Source: Thermoplasmatota archaeon (GTDB lineage: Archaea; Thermoplasmatota; E2; JACPAO01; JAHFTW01). From it: a stretch of DNA of 64,000 nt. The stretch is from positions 320,001 through 384,000 of the forward strand of contig JBFIHX010000001.1 of NCBI GenBank assembly GCA_041601615.1, in the 5' to 3' direction. The first letter of the stretch is position 1, and each line of letters opens with the position of its first letter. Below the pieces are notes generated by a model. That model did not search any database and was not told the origin of the DNA. It worked only from the letters and a program-made list of their open reading frames with translations. Both the position numbers and the translations under genes were made by a program. Below, piece by piece: positions 20,353 through 31,200 of the stretch.

Positions 20353-23300
20353 TTATTGAGCAAGCCGCGCGGCTTCTTCATCCGTCATGCCTTCCAGTTT
20401 CTCCATCAGAAGCGCTTCGACGGCTTGGCTTAGCTCATAGATGGTGCGCACTTCAAAGAGCCGGGGCAGCGCGACTTCTACGTCGAAGGTTTCGCGGATG
20501 TGGGCGACCATTTTGGTGGCTATGAGGCTGTGTCCGCCGAGGTCGAAGAAGTCGTCGTGGATGCCGATGCCTTGGAAGCCGAGGATGTTTTCCCAGATTT
20601 CGACGAGTGCTTCTTCGAGCGGCTCTGTGGCGGCGGCGTAGGGCACGGGCAGATCGGGCCTGGTGTGGCCGTTGGTTGCCGGGAAGGGGCCGGTTCCGGT
20701 CTCCGGGGTTGGCGCGTCGGTTTCGTGGGTGTCTTCGCCTTTGCCGATGCCGGCTTCTTGCGCGGGGAGCCAGTAGCGCCGCTTTTCCCAGGGGTAGGTG
20801 GGTAATTGCACGCGGCGGGGGCGGGGGCCTTGGTGCACTTGTGGCCAGTTGGGTGTGGCGCCTGCGTTCCAGAGTCTTGCGAGGGCTTCGCGCAGGACGA
20901 TGGCGTCGTCGGCGTTGTCCTTGGGGTGGCCGAGGCTGGTGAGAATGGGTGCGCGTTTGGTCGCGGGGTCGAGTTGCCGTTGGGCGAGGCTGCTGAGGGT
21001 GCGGCCGGGTCCGACTTCGAGCAAGGCGAGACCGGGTTGTTCGAGCAAATGCGCGACGCCTTTGGCAAAGTCCACGGGTTGGCGCACGTGTTGGACCCAG
21101 TACATGGGGTCCTTGGCTTGCGCGTCTGTCAGCGGTGCTCCGGTTTGGTTGCTGATGATGGGAATCGTGGGTGCTTGAAGTGGGGCGCTGCGCACGATGG
21201 CTTCGAAGTCTTCGAGGGCGCCGTCCACGAGGGGCGAGTGGAAGGCGCGGGTGACGTGCAAGAGCCGGGCTTCGATGCCTTGGTTTTCGAGGCGCGCGTG
21301 CAGTTGTTCGATGCCTGCGGGGCTGCCACTGGCGACACAGGTGCCGGGGGCGTTGATAGCGGCAATGCTTGCGTCGGCTTCGAGCAGGGCTTGCACGGTT
21401 TCGGCTTCGGCGCTGATGGCGAGCATGCGGCCTTCGGGGGTGTTTTGCATGAGCCTTGCGCGGGCGGCGACGATGCGGGTGGCGTCGGCCAGTTCGAAGA
21501 CGCCTGCGAGGGTGGCTGCGACGAGTTCGCCGAGGCTGTGGCCCAGGAGGGCTCTGGGTTCGATGCCCCAGTGCATCCAAAGACGCGCCAGTGCGTATTC
21601 GACGGCAAACAGGGCGGGTTGGGTTTGTTGGGTTTCGTTGAGGCGGGCGGTGGCGGCGGCGAGGTCCGTTCCGGCCGCGGGGTAGAGCAGGGCGCTGAGG
21701 TCTTCCACGCCGTGTAGGGCAAAGTGCCCGGCGCATTCGTCGAAGTGTTCGCGGAAGGTTGGCTCGTTTTGGTAGAGCGCTTGCGCCATGTGGATGTGTT
21801 GTGCGCCTTGGCCGGGCAGCAAGAACGCCACGTCCAGTTCCTTTGCGTCGGTGCTGTGCGCGAAGGTGCGGCGGGCTGGCCCGGCGCCGCGTAGGATTTC
21901 GATGGCTTCGGTTCGGTCCTTGGCGAGGATACTGCGTCGGTGGCCGTGTCGTTTGCGACCGGTTTGGAGGGTCCAGGCGGCGTCTTCGAGTGCGGGGGCT
22001 TCTGTCTCGAGGTGGGTGGCGAGTGCTGCGACGCTAGCTTCGAGGGCACTGGCGCTGCGGGCGGAGAGTGTGATCAATTGCGGCGCGGCGCTTGGTTCGG
22101 GCCGAGGCGCAGCGGGGGGCGCTTGTTCGAGGATGACGTGGGCGTTGGTGCCGCCGATGCCGAAGCTGCTGACACCTGCGCGGCGGGGCGTGCCGGGAGC
22201 GGATGGGAACGGTACGGGCGCAGTGGGAACGTGGAAGCGCGTTTCGGTAAGGCGGAGCGCCGGGTTTGGTGTCTGGAAGTGCAAGGTGGGTGGAATCGTG
22301 CCGTGCTCCACGGCCAGGGCTGCTTTGATGAGTCCTGCGACTCCGGCGGCTGCGTCGAGGTGTCCGATGTTGGTTTTTACGGCGCCGAGTGCGATGCTGT
22401 TGGGTGGGCCGGCTCCGAGGGCGCGGTGGAGCGCGGTCACTTCGATGGGGTCGCCGACGGGGGTGCCGGTGCCGTGGGTTTCGATGTATCCAATGGTGTC
22501 GGGTTCGATGCCGGCGACAGCCAGTGCTTCGCTGACCACAGTGGATTGGCCTTCGATGCTGGGGGCAGTGTAGCCGGTTTTGGCAGCACCATCGTTGTTG
22601 GTTGCGGCTCCTTTGATGACGGCATGGATGGGGTCGCCGTCGGCCAGGGCGTCGCTGAGCCGTTTGAGGGCGACGACGCCGGTTCCGCTGCCTGCGACGG
22701 TGCCGTTTGCGCCTGCGTCAAAGGCGCGGCAGATGCTGTCTTTGCTGCCGATGTTGCCTTCTTCCAGGAAGTATCCGAAAGCCGGGTCGGGCTTGATGCT
22801 GCTTGCACCCGCAAGTGCTACGTCACATTGGTAGGACAGGAGTGATTCGATGGCTTGCACGACGGCAACAAGGCTGGTGCTGCATGCGGTGTGGATGCTG
22901 AGGCTGGGGCCGCGAAGGTCGAGCCGGTAGCTGGTTTGGGTGGCGACGAAGTCTTTTTCGTTGCTGGCGATGGCTTGGAAGGCGTTGGCGCCTTGCATGA
23001 CGCGCGGATTGGGCAGGACGTGACGCAGGTAGTAGGTGTTGATGCCGACGCCGGCGTAGACGCCCACCCGGGTCTCAGGGTCGTTGCCGTCGTGGCCGGC
23101 TCGTTGGAGTGCTTCGGCGGCGCATTCCAAAAAGAGGCGAATTTGGGGATCCATCACTTCGGCTTCGCGGGGTGTGAGTCCGAAGTAGCCGGCGTCGAGG
23201 TGTCCGATGTCGGGAATCATGCCGACGGCGGTCTCGCCGGCGCGGTCGGCTGCGGGCACGGGCCGGGGCGCGTCCTCGTACCAGTGGCGGCGAGGGGTCA

Positions 23301-23412
23301 GGGATTCGATGCCGTTGAGGAGGTTGTCAAAGAATTGTTCGGGGGATTGGGCTCCGGGGAAGCGGCAGGACATGCCGACGATGGCAATGGCTTCGGGGTC
23401 TTGGTCGGTCAT
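20353..23412 (-). CDS. Type I PKS module KS-AT-ACP (no KR/DH), ~1019 aa
   Basis: EAIAIVGMSCRFPGA, TACSTS (Cys), HGTGT, KTNIGH, AT GHSLG and RAFHS (malonyl-like), LPTYPW, ACP FFDLGGHSL. ATG 23412 with GGAGG SD and ATGA overlap with the upstream gene. Confidence 0.96.
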   Translation of the reverse strand: MTDQDPEAIAIVGMSCRFPGAQSPEQFFDNLLNGIESLTPRRHWYEDAPRPVPAADRAGETAVGMIPDIGHLDAGYFGLTPREAEVMDPQIRLFLECAAEALQRAGHDGNDPETRVGVYAGVGINTYYLRHVLPNPRVMQGANAFQAIASNEKDFVATQTSYRLDLRGPSLSIHTACSTSLVAVVQAIESLLSYQCDVALAGASSIKPDPAFGYFLEEGNIGSKDSICRAFDAGANGTVAGSGTGVVALKRLSDALADGDPIHAVIKGAATNNDGAAKTGYTAPSIEGQSTVVSEALAVAGIEPDTIGYIETHGTGTPVGDPIEVTALHRALGAGPPNSIALGAVKTNIGHLDAAAGVAGLIKAALAVEHGTIPPTLHFQTPNPALRLTETRFHVPTAPVPFPSAPGTPRRAGVSSFGIGGTNAHVILEQAPPAAPRPEPSAAPQLITLSARSASALEASVAALATHLETEAPALEDAAWTLQTGRKRHGHRRSILAKDRTEAIEILRGAGPARRTFAHSTDAKELDVAFLLPGQGAQHIHMAQALYQNEPTFREHFDECAGHFALHGVEDLSALLYPAAGTDLAAATARLNETQQTQPALFAVEYALARLWMHWGIEPRALLGHSLGELVAATLAGVFELADATRIVAARARLMQNTPEGRMLAISAEAETVQALLEADASIAAINAPGTCVASGSPAGIEQLHARLENQGIEARLLHVTRAFHSPLVDGALEDFEAIVRSAPLQAPTIPIISNQTGAPLTDAQAKDPMYWVQHVRQPVDFAKGVAHLLEQPGLALLEVGPGRTLSSLAQRQLDPATKRAPILTSLGHPKDNADDAIVLREALARLWNAGATPNWPQVHQGPRPRRVQLPTYPWEKRRYWLPAQEAGIGKGEDTHETDAPTPETGTGPFPATNGHTRPDLPVPYAAATEPLEEALVEIWENILGFQGIGIHDDFFDLGGHSLIATKMVAHIRETFDVEVALPRLFEVRTIYELSQAVEALLMEKLEGMTDEEAARLAQ

Positions 23413-25280
23413 GGGGTGTCCTCCGGGGTTCGTGTGGGTCGGCGGCGTTGCGTGTGCGCGGCGCGGCGGGCGGCTCCGCGATCGGTGCCGGCTTGGCGGG
23501 ACGGGGTGGCTGCATGGGCGGTTGGTTGTGCGCCTTGTTGCAGTTCTTGGAGTTGCTTGGAGAGCCCGGCGATGGTGGGGTGTTCGAAGAGCAGGAGGAT
23601 GTCGAGGGGGCGTCCGAGTTCCTGTTCGAGGGCTTCCTGGACGCGGGCGGCAAGCAGGGAGTGGGCCCCGAGTTCGAACACGTTGTCGTGGATGCCGGGG
23701 GTTTTGGCGAGTTCTTGTGTCCACAATTGCACGAGGAGCCGTTCGGTGGGGTTGCGGGGGCCTTCGACGAGGACCGGTTCGACTTGGACGAGGCTGCGGG
23801 GGTCGGGGAGTGCTTTGCGGTCGAGTTTGCCGTTGGGTGTCCGGGGCAGGGGGGCGAGTTCGATGAAGTGGCTGGGCACGAGAGCGGGCGGAAGTTCGGT
23901 GTGGAGTGCTTCGCGCAAGCTGCGGGCCTGTTCGGGCGCCATGGTGCTTGCGGGCCCTTCGGTGGTTTCGTCAAGGTGGACGTAGGCGATGAGTTGTTTG
24001 CTGTCTCGGGTGTCCTCGTGGGTGGCTACGGCGCAGGCGCGGACGCGGGGCACGTTTCCGAGCGCCGCTTCGATGTCGCCAAGTTCCACGCGCATGCCTC
24101 GGATTTTGACTTGTCCGTCGATGCGGCCGTGCATTTCGACGCATCCGTCGGGGCGAATGAGGCCGCGGTCGCCGGTTCGGTATAGTCGGGTTCCTGGCAA
24201 TTCGGGGTGGTCTTGGAACCGGGCGGCGGTGGCTTCGGGCATGCCGAGGTAGCCGCGTGCGAGTCCGATGCCGCTGATGCACAACTCGCCGGCCTGTCCG
24301 GGGGGCAGGACTCGGCCTTCGTCATCGATGCTGATCATCTGTACGCCGTCGATGGGTCGTCCGAGGCAGGCGGGTGTGCCGGGTTGGCAGTCGTCGGTGC
24401 TGGTCCAGATGGTGGTTTCGGTGGGGCCGTAGAGGTTGACGAAGCGGCGGCCGTTGCCCCATCGGGCGACGAGGGATTCGGGGAAGGCGTCGCCGCCGAC
24501 CATCATGGCTCGAAGGGCCGGGAGCGGCGTTTCGGGGAGGGTGGCAAGCACGCTTGGTGGAAAGAAGGCGATGTTGGCTTGGGTGTTGGCAAGATATCGG
24601 GCAAGGCCGGTGCCGCTGCGGCGCAGGTCGTCGGGGATCAGGATGAGGGTGGCGCCGGCGCTCCAGGGCAGGAAGATTTCGAAGAGGGATGCGTCCCAGG
24701 CGAGGTTGCTGTATTGGGTGCAGCGTTCGTTGGGTTGGACGGCAAATTGATTGCGTTGGATCTGGGCGCGGTGGGCGAGGCCTTCGTGTTCGACGAGGAC
24801 GCCTTTGGGTGTGCCTGTGCTGCCGCTGGTGTAGAGGACGTAGGCGAGGTTGCTTGCGCGGACGGTGGGCAGTTTGCTTGCGTCGTGGTCCGTGGGTGCG
24901 GGTTGCAGGCGGGGCGGCGCGAGGGTCTGGCCGCTGCCTTTGCCATCGATTCGCGTTGTGATGGTGCAGTGGGGTTGTGCGTCTGCGAGGATTGCGTCGC
25001 GTCGGGCGGGGGGAAGCGCTGGATCAAGGGGCAGGTAGGCGCCGCCGGCTTTCCAGATTCCGAGCATGGCGACGAGGGTTTCGGGAGTCCGGTGGGCGTC
25101 TACGGCGACGATGGCTTCCGGTTGGAGGCCTGTGGCGAGCAATTGCTGGGCGAAGATGGTGGCAGCGAGGTCCAATTGTGCGTAGGTGAGGCGCGTGGTT
25201 CCCGCTTCGAGTGCGATGGCGTCGGGCGTTCTTTGGGCGTGCTGCCTGATGAGTTCGTGGGCAAGGGGGTGCGGGTTCAT
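23409..25280 (-). CDS. Stand-alone NRPS adenylation-thiolation (A-T) didomain, ~623 aa
   Basis: YTSGSTGTPKG, WDAS, NLYGPTE, GELCISG, YRTGD, NGKLDR, T domain FELGAHSL. ATG 25280 preceded by AAGGAGGT, with ATGA overlap. Confidence 0.95.
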   Translation of the reverse strand: MNPHPLAHELIRQHAQRTPDAIALEAGTTRLTYAQLDLAATIFAQQLLATGLQPEAIVAVDAHRTPETLVAMLGIWKAGGAYLPLDPALPPARRDAILADAQPHCTITTRIDGKGSGQTLAPPRLQPAPTDHDASKLPTVRASNLAYVLYTSGSTGTPKGVLVEHEGLAHRAQIQRNQFAVQPNERCTQYSNLAWDASLFEIFLPWSAGATLILIPDDLRRSGTGLARYLANTQANIAFFPPSVLATLPETPLPALRAMMVGGDAFPESLVARWGNGRRFVNLYGPTETTIWTSTDDCQPGTPACLGRPIDGVQMISIDDEGRVLPPGQAGELCISGIGLARGYLGMPEATAARFQDHPELPGTRLYRTGDRGLIRPDGCVEMHGRIDGQVKIRGMRVELGDIEAALGNVPRVRACAVATHEDTRDSKQLIAYVHLDETTEGPASTMAPEQARSLREALHTELPPALVPSHFIELAPLPRTPNGKLDRKALPDPRSLVQVEPVLVEGPRNPTERLLVQLWTQELAKTPGIHDNVFELGAHSLLAARVQEALEQELGRPLDILLLFEHPTIAGLSKQLQELQQGAQPTAHAATPSRQAGTDRGAARRAAHTQRRRPTRTPEDTP

Positions 25281-28200
25281 GCGACCTCCTTGGGTGTGAG
25301 GTGTGCGTTCAGGGTCTCTGCTAGGTCTTCCACGAATCCGGGTTCTAGGATGTGGTCGTGGGTGCCGGGAATGGTGGCTTCGCGGGGGGCCTTGGAGAGG
25401 TGTTTGTACCAACTGGAGACGAGGGTGGGTAGCTGGGCGCGGGTGTCGTCGGTGACGAGCAGGATTGCCGGGGCTTGGACGGTTCCTGGTTCGTGTTCGA
25501 GCATGGCTTGGATGTGGGCTTGGCGCACGGCGAGGCGGCGGGCCACGTCGGCTCGGTCTGGTTCTTGGTCGGGGGTGAGGCCTACGAGTTGCAGGATTTC
25601 GGGACCGATGGGGCCGTCTTCGAGTTCGACCTTGGTTTTGAGGTGGCTTGCGAGGTTGAATGTGGGGGTTGGTTCCAGGAGCACCAATTGGTCCACGGTG
25701 TGTCCGTCGGCTTCCAGGATGCGGGTCATTTCGTGGGCGATGAGGGCGCCGAAGGACCAGCCGCCGAGGGTGTAGGGGGCTTGGGGTTGGATGGTGCGCA
25801 TGTCGTGGAGGTATTGCTTGGCGAGTTCGGTGATGGAGGAGTTTGGTGTGGTGCCTTCTTGGATGCCGGGGGCTTGGAATGCGTGGAGGGCGTGGTGGGG
25901 GAGCATCCGGGCGAGGGGTGCGAAGGGGCCGGCGCCTCCTGCTGCGGCGTGGACGAGGAAGAGGGGGTTGTTGGAGCGTTGTCCGAAGGAGACGATGCTG
26001 CCGTTGCTGGCGGCGGTGCCGGTTTCGATGGCGTTGGCGAGTTCTTCGATGTTTTGGAATTCGAACAGTTGTTTGGGTTCGAGGTGGATGCCTTGTTGTT
26101 CGGCAAGGGCGATGACGCGGATGGTGAGGATGCTGTCGCCGCCGATGTCGAAGAAGTTGTCGTGGATGCCGACGTGGTCGCGTTTGAGGACCTTGGACCA
26201 GATGTTGAAGAGGGTTCGTTCTAGTTCTGTGCGGGGTGCTTGGTGGTGGTCGGCGGTTTGGGGGCTGGCGCCGGGCGCGGGGAGGGCTGTTTTGTCGACT
26301 CTGCCGTGGAGGGTCAGGGGCATGGCGTCGAGGGGGACGATGGCGCTGGGGATCATAGAGTCGGGCAGGGTTCGTGCCAGTGCTGCGCGTAGGGCCTCGG
26401 GTGTGCGTTGTTTGCCGTCGCCATGGACGATGTAAGCGATGAGTCGTGGGTTGCCGGGTTCGTCTTCGCGGATGGTTGCGACGGCGGTTGCGATCTCTGC
26501 TTGTTCGTGTAGGGCGGCTTCGATTTCGCCAGGGTCGATGCGGTGGCCTCGAATGTTGATTTGGTCATCCATGCGGCCAAGGTACTCGAGTTGGCCGTCG
26601 GGGCGCCAGCGGGCGATGTCGCCGGTCCGGTGCATGCGTTCGCCGGTTGCAAAGGGTGCTTCGACGAATCGCTCGTTGGCGAGGCCTGGGCGGTTGATGT
26701 AGTCCGTGGCGAGGCCGGTGCCGGCGATGCAGAGTTCTCCGGCGATGCCTACGGGGACGGGTTGGAGGTGGGCGCCGAGCACATAGGCGCGGTTGTTGGC
26801 GATGGGTCGGCCGATGGGGGTGGTGCCTTGGTGGTCTGCGGAGATTTCGGCGAGGGTTGCGATGACCGTCGCCTCCGTGAGGCCATAGGCGTTCGCGAGT
26901 GAAACCTTGCGGGCCCAGGTGCGGGCGAGTGCGGGGGGCAGTGGGTCGCCGCGGGTGAGCAGTCGTTCGAGGTGGGGTAGCTGCACGTCTGGTGGCAGGG
27001 TTGCCAGGACGGCGGGGGGCAACAGCACCGAGGTGATTTCTTGCTCGGCGAGGATGCGGTGCAGGTTGGCGCCGAGGGGGGTGGTGCTGGGGGTTGGGAT
27101 GATGAGGCTGGCGCCGTTGGCGAGTGTTCCGATCATTTCGAGGATGGATCCGTCGTCGCCGGCACTGGCGTATTGCAGCACGCGGCTCTTGGGGTGGATG
27201 CCGAGTGCGGTTTTGCTTGCTTCGGCGAGATTGCTGATTGCTTGGTGGTGGAGGACGACGCCCTTGGGTCGCCCATCGCTGCCACTGGTGTAGGTGATGA
27301 TCGCGGGCGCTTGTGGTCCGGGGAGGTTGCCTTGTGTTTCGACGCGAGGAGCTTCGTGCGGGATGCTGTCGAGGGTGATGCGGGTGCCGGGCCAGGTGCC
27401 AAGCAGCGCTTCTTGTTTGGCGTGGTGGAGGACTGTTTTGATATGGGCGTCGTTGAGGATGTAGGCGATGCGATCGCGGGGGGCGCTTGGTGCGATGGGC
27501 ACGTAGACGGCGCCGGCTTTGAGGACGCCGAGCAGGGCGGCGGGCGTGTCGGTGCTGCGTTCGAGCAGGACGGCGACATGGTCTCCGGGTTGGGTTCCGG
27601 ATGCCTTGATGTGGGCTGCGATGGCTTCGGCGCGGTCGTCTAGTTGCGCGTAGGTCCATGTGGAGTCGCCGTGGAGGACGGCGGGTGCGTCGGGCGTGCG
27701 GTGTCGTTGTTCTTGGACGAGGTCGTGGATGCAGTGGGCGTCGGGGTAGGGCGCGGAGGTTTGGTTCCAGGTGTGCAAGACGAGTTCGCGTTCGGCGGCT
27801 GGTAGGAGGCTGAGTCCGGACAGGGGTGTGTCAGGGTCGTTGAGGACGGCTTCGATGAGGGCTTGGAATTGGTTGCAGAGGCGATCCATGGTGGTGGCAT
27901 CGAAGAGGTCGCTGCGGTATTCGACGAGGCCTTCGAGGCGCTCTTCGGCGTCGGCGACGAACATGGTGATGTCAAATTTGGAGGCGTTGCTGCTGACGGG
28001 GATGCCGCCTACGCGCACGCCGCCCCATTTGTTGCCTTCCATGGCGTCGTCTTGCAGGGCGAACATGGCTTGGAAGAGGGGCGATCGGCTGGTGTCTCGT
28101 TGGGGGTGCAGTTCGCTGACGAGGCGTTCGAAGGGTACGTCTTGGTTGGCGTAGGCGTCGAGGCAACTGTCGCGTACGCGGCTTAGAAGTTCGCGGAAGC

Positions 28201-31200
28201 TGGGGTCGCCTTGGACGTCGGCGCCGAGTACGAGGGTGTTGACGAAGAAGCCAAGGAGGCCTTCGGTTTCGGCTCGGGTGCGGCCGGCGACGGGGGTACC
28301 GATGGCAAAGTCTTCTTGTCCGCTCCAGCGGTGGAGGATGGTTTCGAAGGCGGCAAGCAAGGGCATGAAGAGGGTGACGCCTTCTTCGCGGGCGAATGTT
28401 TTGAGGCGTTCGGAGAGGTGGCTTGGGAGTGCGAACCAGCGGTGGCTGCCGCGGAAGGATTGTACTTTGGGTCGGGGGCGGTCCGTGGGGAGGTCTAGGG
28501 ATTGGACGTGGGCAAGTTCCTTGTGCCAGTGTTTCATTTGCTTGGCGAGTGCTGTTTCGTCGAGGTGTTGGCGTTGCCAGCGGGCGAAGTCTCCGTATTG
28601 GACTTCGGGGTCGGGGAGGCTGTGGGGTGTGCCTGCGTGGTAGGCTTCGTAGAGGACGCCGATTTCGTGCAGCAGGACACTCATGGACCAGCCATCGAAG
28701 GCGATGTGGTGGAAGCCTAGCAGCATCCAGTGGTCGTCGCGGGCGAGGCGTAGGAGTTTGACGCGGTAGACGGGGCCGTGGGCTAGGTCGAAGGGTTTGC
28801 GGGATTCTTCGTTTGCGATAGCTTGGGCGGCTTGTTCGCGGTCGGCCACGGGTATGTGGGTCAAGTCGATGATTTCGAGGGGTTGTCGGTCGTGGGGGCC
28901 GACGAGTTGGGTGGGTTGTCCTTCGTCGTCGGTGGTGTAGGTGGTGCGCAGGACGTGGTGTCGGCGTATGGTTTCGCTGAGGGCACTTTCGAGGGCGCGC
29001 ACGTCGAGGATGCCGGAGAGGCGGTAGAAGGCGGGGATGTTGTAGACGGCGCTCCCGGGTTCCCATTGGTCGAGGAACCAGAGTCGTTGTTGGCTGAAGG
29101 AGAGTGGCGCGGATTCTGTTTCGTCGTTGCCGTCGAATCGAGTAACGGGGGGCACCAGCAGCCCTGAGCCGTCGTCGCGCAGGCGGCGGACTTCGTGGGC
29201 GAGTGCTTCGAGGGTGCGGGCTGAAAATAGGGTCTTCAAAGGCACTTCCATGTCGAGTGCGTTGCGGATGCGGCTGACGACTTGGGTGGCGGTGAGGCTG
29301 TGGCCGCCGAGTTCGAAGAAGTCGTCGTGGACACCGACGCGGGTGGCGCCAAGCACGCGGGTCCAGATGCTGGCGAGGATTTGTTCGACGGGGTCGCGGG
29401 GGGCGATGTGGTTGCTGCCGAGGCGGGCGATGTCTTCGGGGGCGGGGAGTGCTTTGCGGTCGACTTTGCCATTGGGGGTGAGCGGTAGGGCTTCGAGGGC
29501 GACGAAGGCCGAGGGGATCATGGCGTCGGGGAGGGTCTGGGCTAGGAAGCTGCGCAGGTCGGGGGCGGCGGGGACGTTGTCTCCAAGGAGGTAGGCGACG
29601 AGTCGTTGGCCGCCGGCGGGGTCGGGCAGGGCCATGGCGAATGCGTCGGCAACTAGGGGGTGGGCGCGCAGGGCGTTTTCCACTTCGCCGCATTCGATGC
29701 GGTGGCCGCGGATCTTGACTTGGTGGTCGATGCGTCCCAAAAATTCCAGTTCGCCGTCGGGGTTCCAGCGGGCGAGATCCCCGGTGCGGTAGAGGCGGGC
29801 GGTGGCGTCGTCGGGCTGGGTGGGGTCGTTTATGAAGCGGTCGGCGGTGAGTTCGGGGCGGTCGTGGTAGCCGCGTGCGAGGCAGTCGCCGCCGATGCAG
29901 AGTTCTCCTGCGACGCCTGCGGGGACGGGGCGTTTTTTGGTGTCGAGTAGCACGATGCGGGCGCCTGCAAACGGTTTGCCGATCGTGGGGGTGCCGTCGC
30001 CGACTTGGCATTGTTTGATGCTGGCGCAGACGGTGCTTTCGGTGGGGCCGTAGGCGTTGAACATGCTGCGTCCGTGGGCCCAAGCGTTGCAGAGGTCGGC
30101 GGCGAGTTCTTCTCCGGCGGAGACGACGACGCGGAGGTTGGGCAGGGATTCAGGTTCGAGGCTTCGAAGGACCGTGGGAGGCAGGGTTGCCGCGTGGATG
30201 GTTTCCTGGACGAGGAAGGATTGGAGTGCTTCTCCGGCGACGCGCTGGGGCATCAGGCAGAGGGTTGCGCCGTTTGCGAGGGCCATGAGCATTTCCCAGA
30301 CGCTGGCGTCGAAGCTCCAGGAGGCAAATTGCAGCACACGGGTGCCGGGTTGGATGTCAAAGGCGGCTTGTTGGGCGGCGGCGAGGGCGGCGGCGCCCTG
30401 GTGTTCGACGAGGACGCCTTTGGGTTTGCCGGTGCTGCCGCTGGTGTAGATGATGTAGGCAAGGTCGCGGGGCTTCGTCTCGACCGGGGCGAAGGCTGCC
30501 GGCGCCTTCCAGGTGGATTCGTCGTCGAGCAAGATCAAGTCGGCTCCGGTGTCGGTGAATCGATCGGCGAGGTCGCTGGTGGTGATGATGCATTGGGCTT
30601 GACTGTCTTGCAACATGTGCGCAATGCGGTCGGCGGGGTATTCGGGGTCGACGGGGACGTAGGCGGCGCCGGCTTGGAAGGTGCCGAGGGCGGCTGCGAC
30701 GGCGTCGGGGCTGGGTTTGAGGGCCAGGGCGAGGACGGTGCCGTGCTCGATGCCGATAGCGCGAAGGCATGCGGCGAATGCGTTGCTGCGCGCTTGCAGT
30801 TCTTGGTAGGTGTACTTGATTCCGGCTTGTTCGACGGCGATGGCCTTGGGGTCCGCCGTGGCGCGGGCGTGGACGAGGTCGTGGATGCAGGCGGGTGCCA
30901 CATGGGTGGTCGTTTGGCCCCAGTGGGCGAGGCGGGCGGATTCGTTGGCTCCGAGGATGCCGAGGTCTCCGACTGTGGCTGTGGGTGGCGCGTGGGCGAG
31001 GCCTTCGAGCACATGGGTGAGGTGTTCCATGAGCCGTTGGATGCCGGCGTCGTCGAAGCGGCTGGTGTCAAAGAACAGGCGCAGGCCGAGCCCGTCACCA
31101 GGTGCGGCCACGAGGGAGAGAGGGAAGTTGGTGCGGCTGAGTCCCTGGACGCTTTGGATGGGGAGGGCTTGTTTGCTGCCTTCGCTCCAAGGGTAGTTTT

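Noticed and set aside
23413-23724. N-terminal extensions of the PKS (and of the A-T at 25281-25412) given by the ORF track
   Set aside because: They overlap the upstream genes. The true starts are marked by SD sequences and ATGA overlaps at 23412 and 25280.
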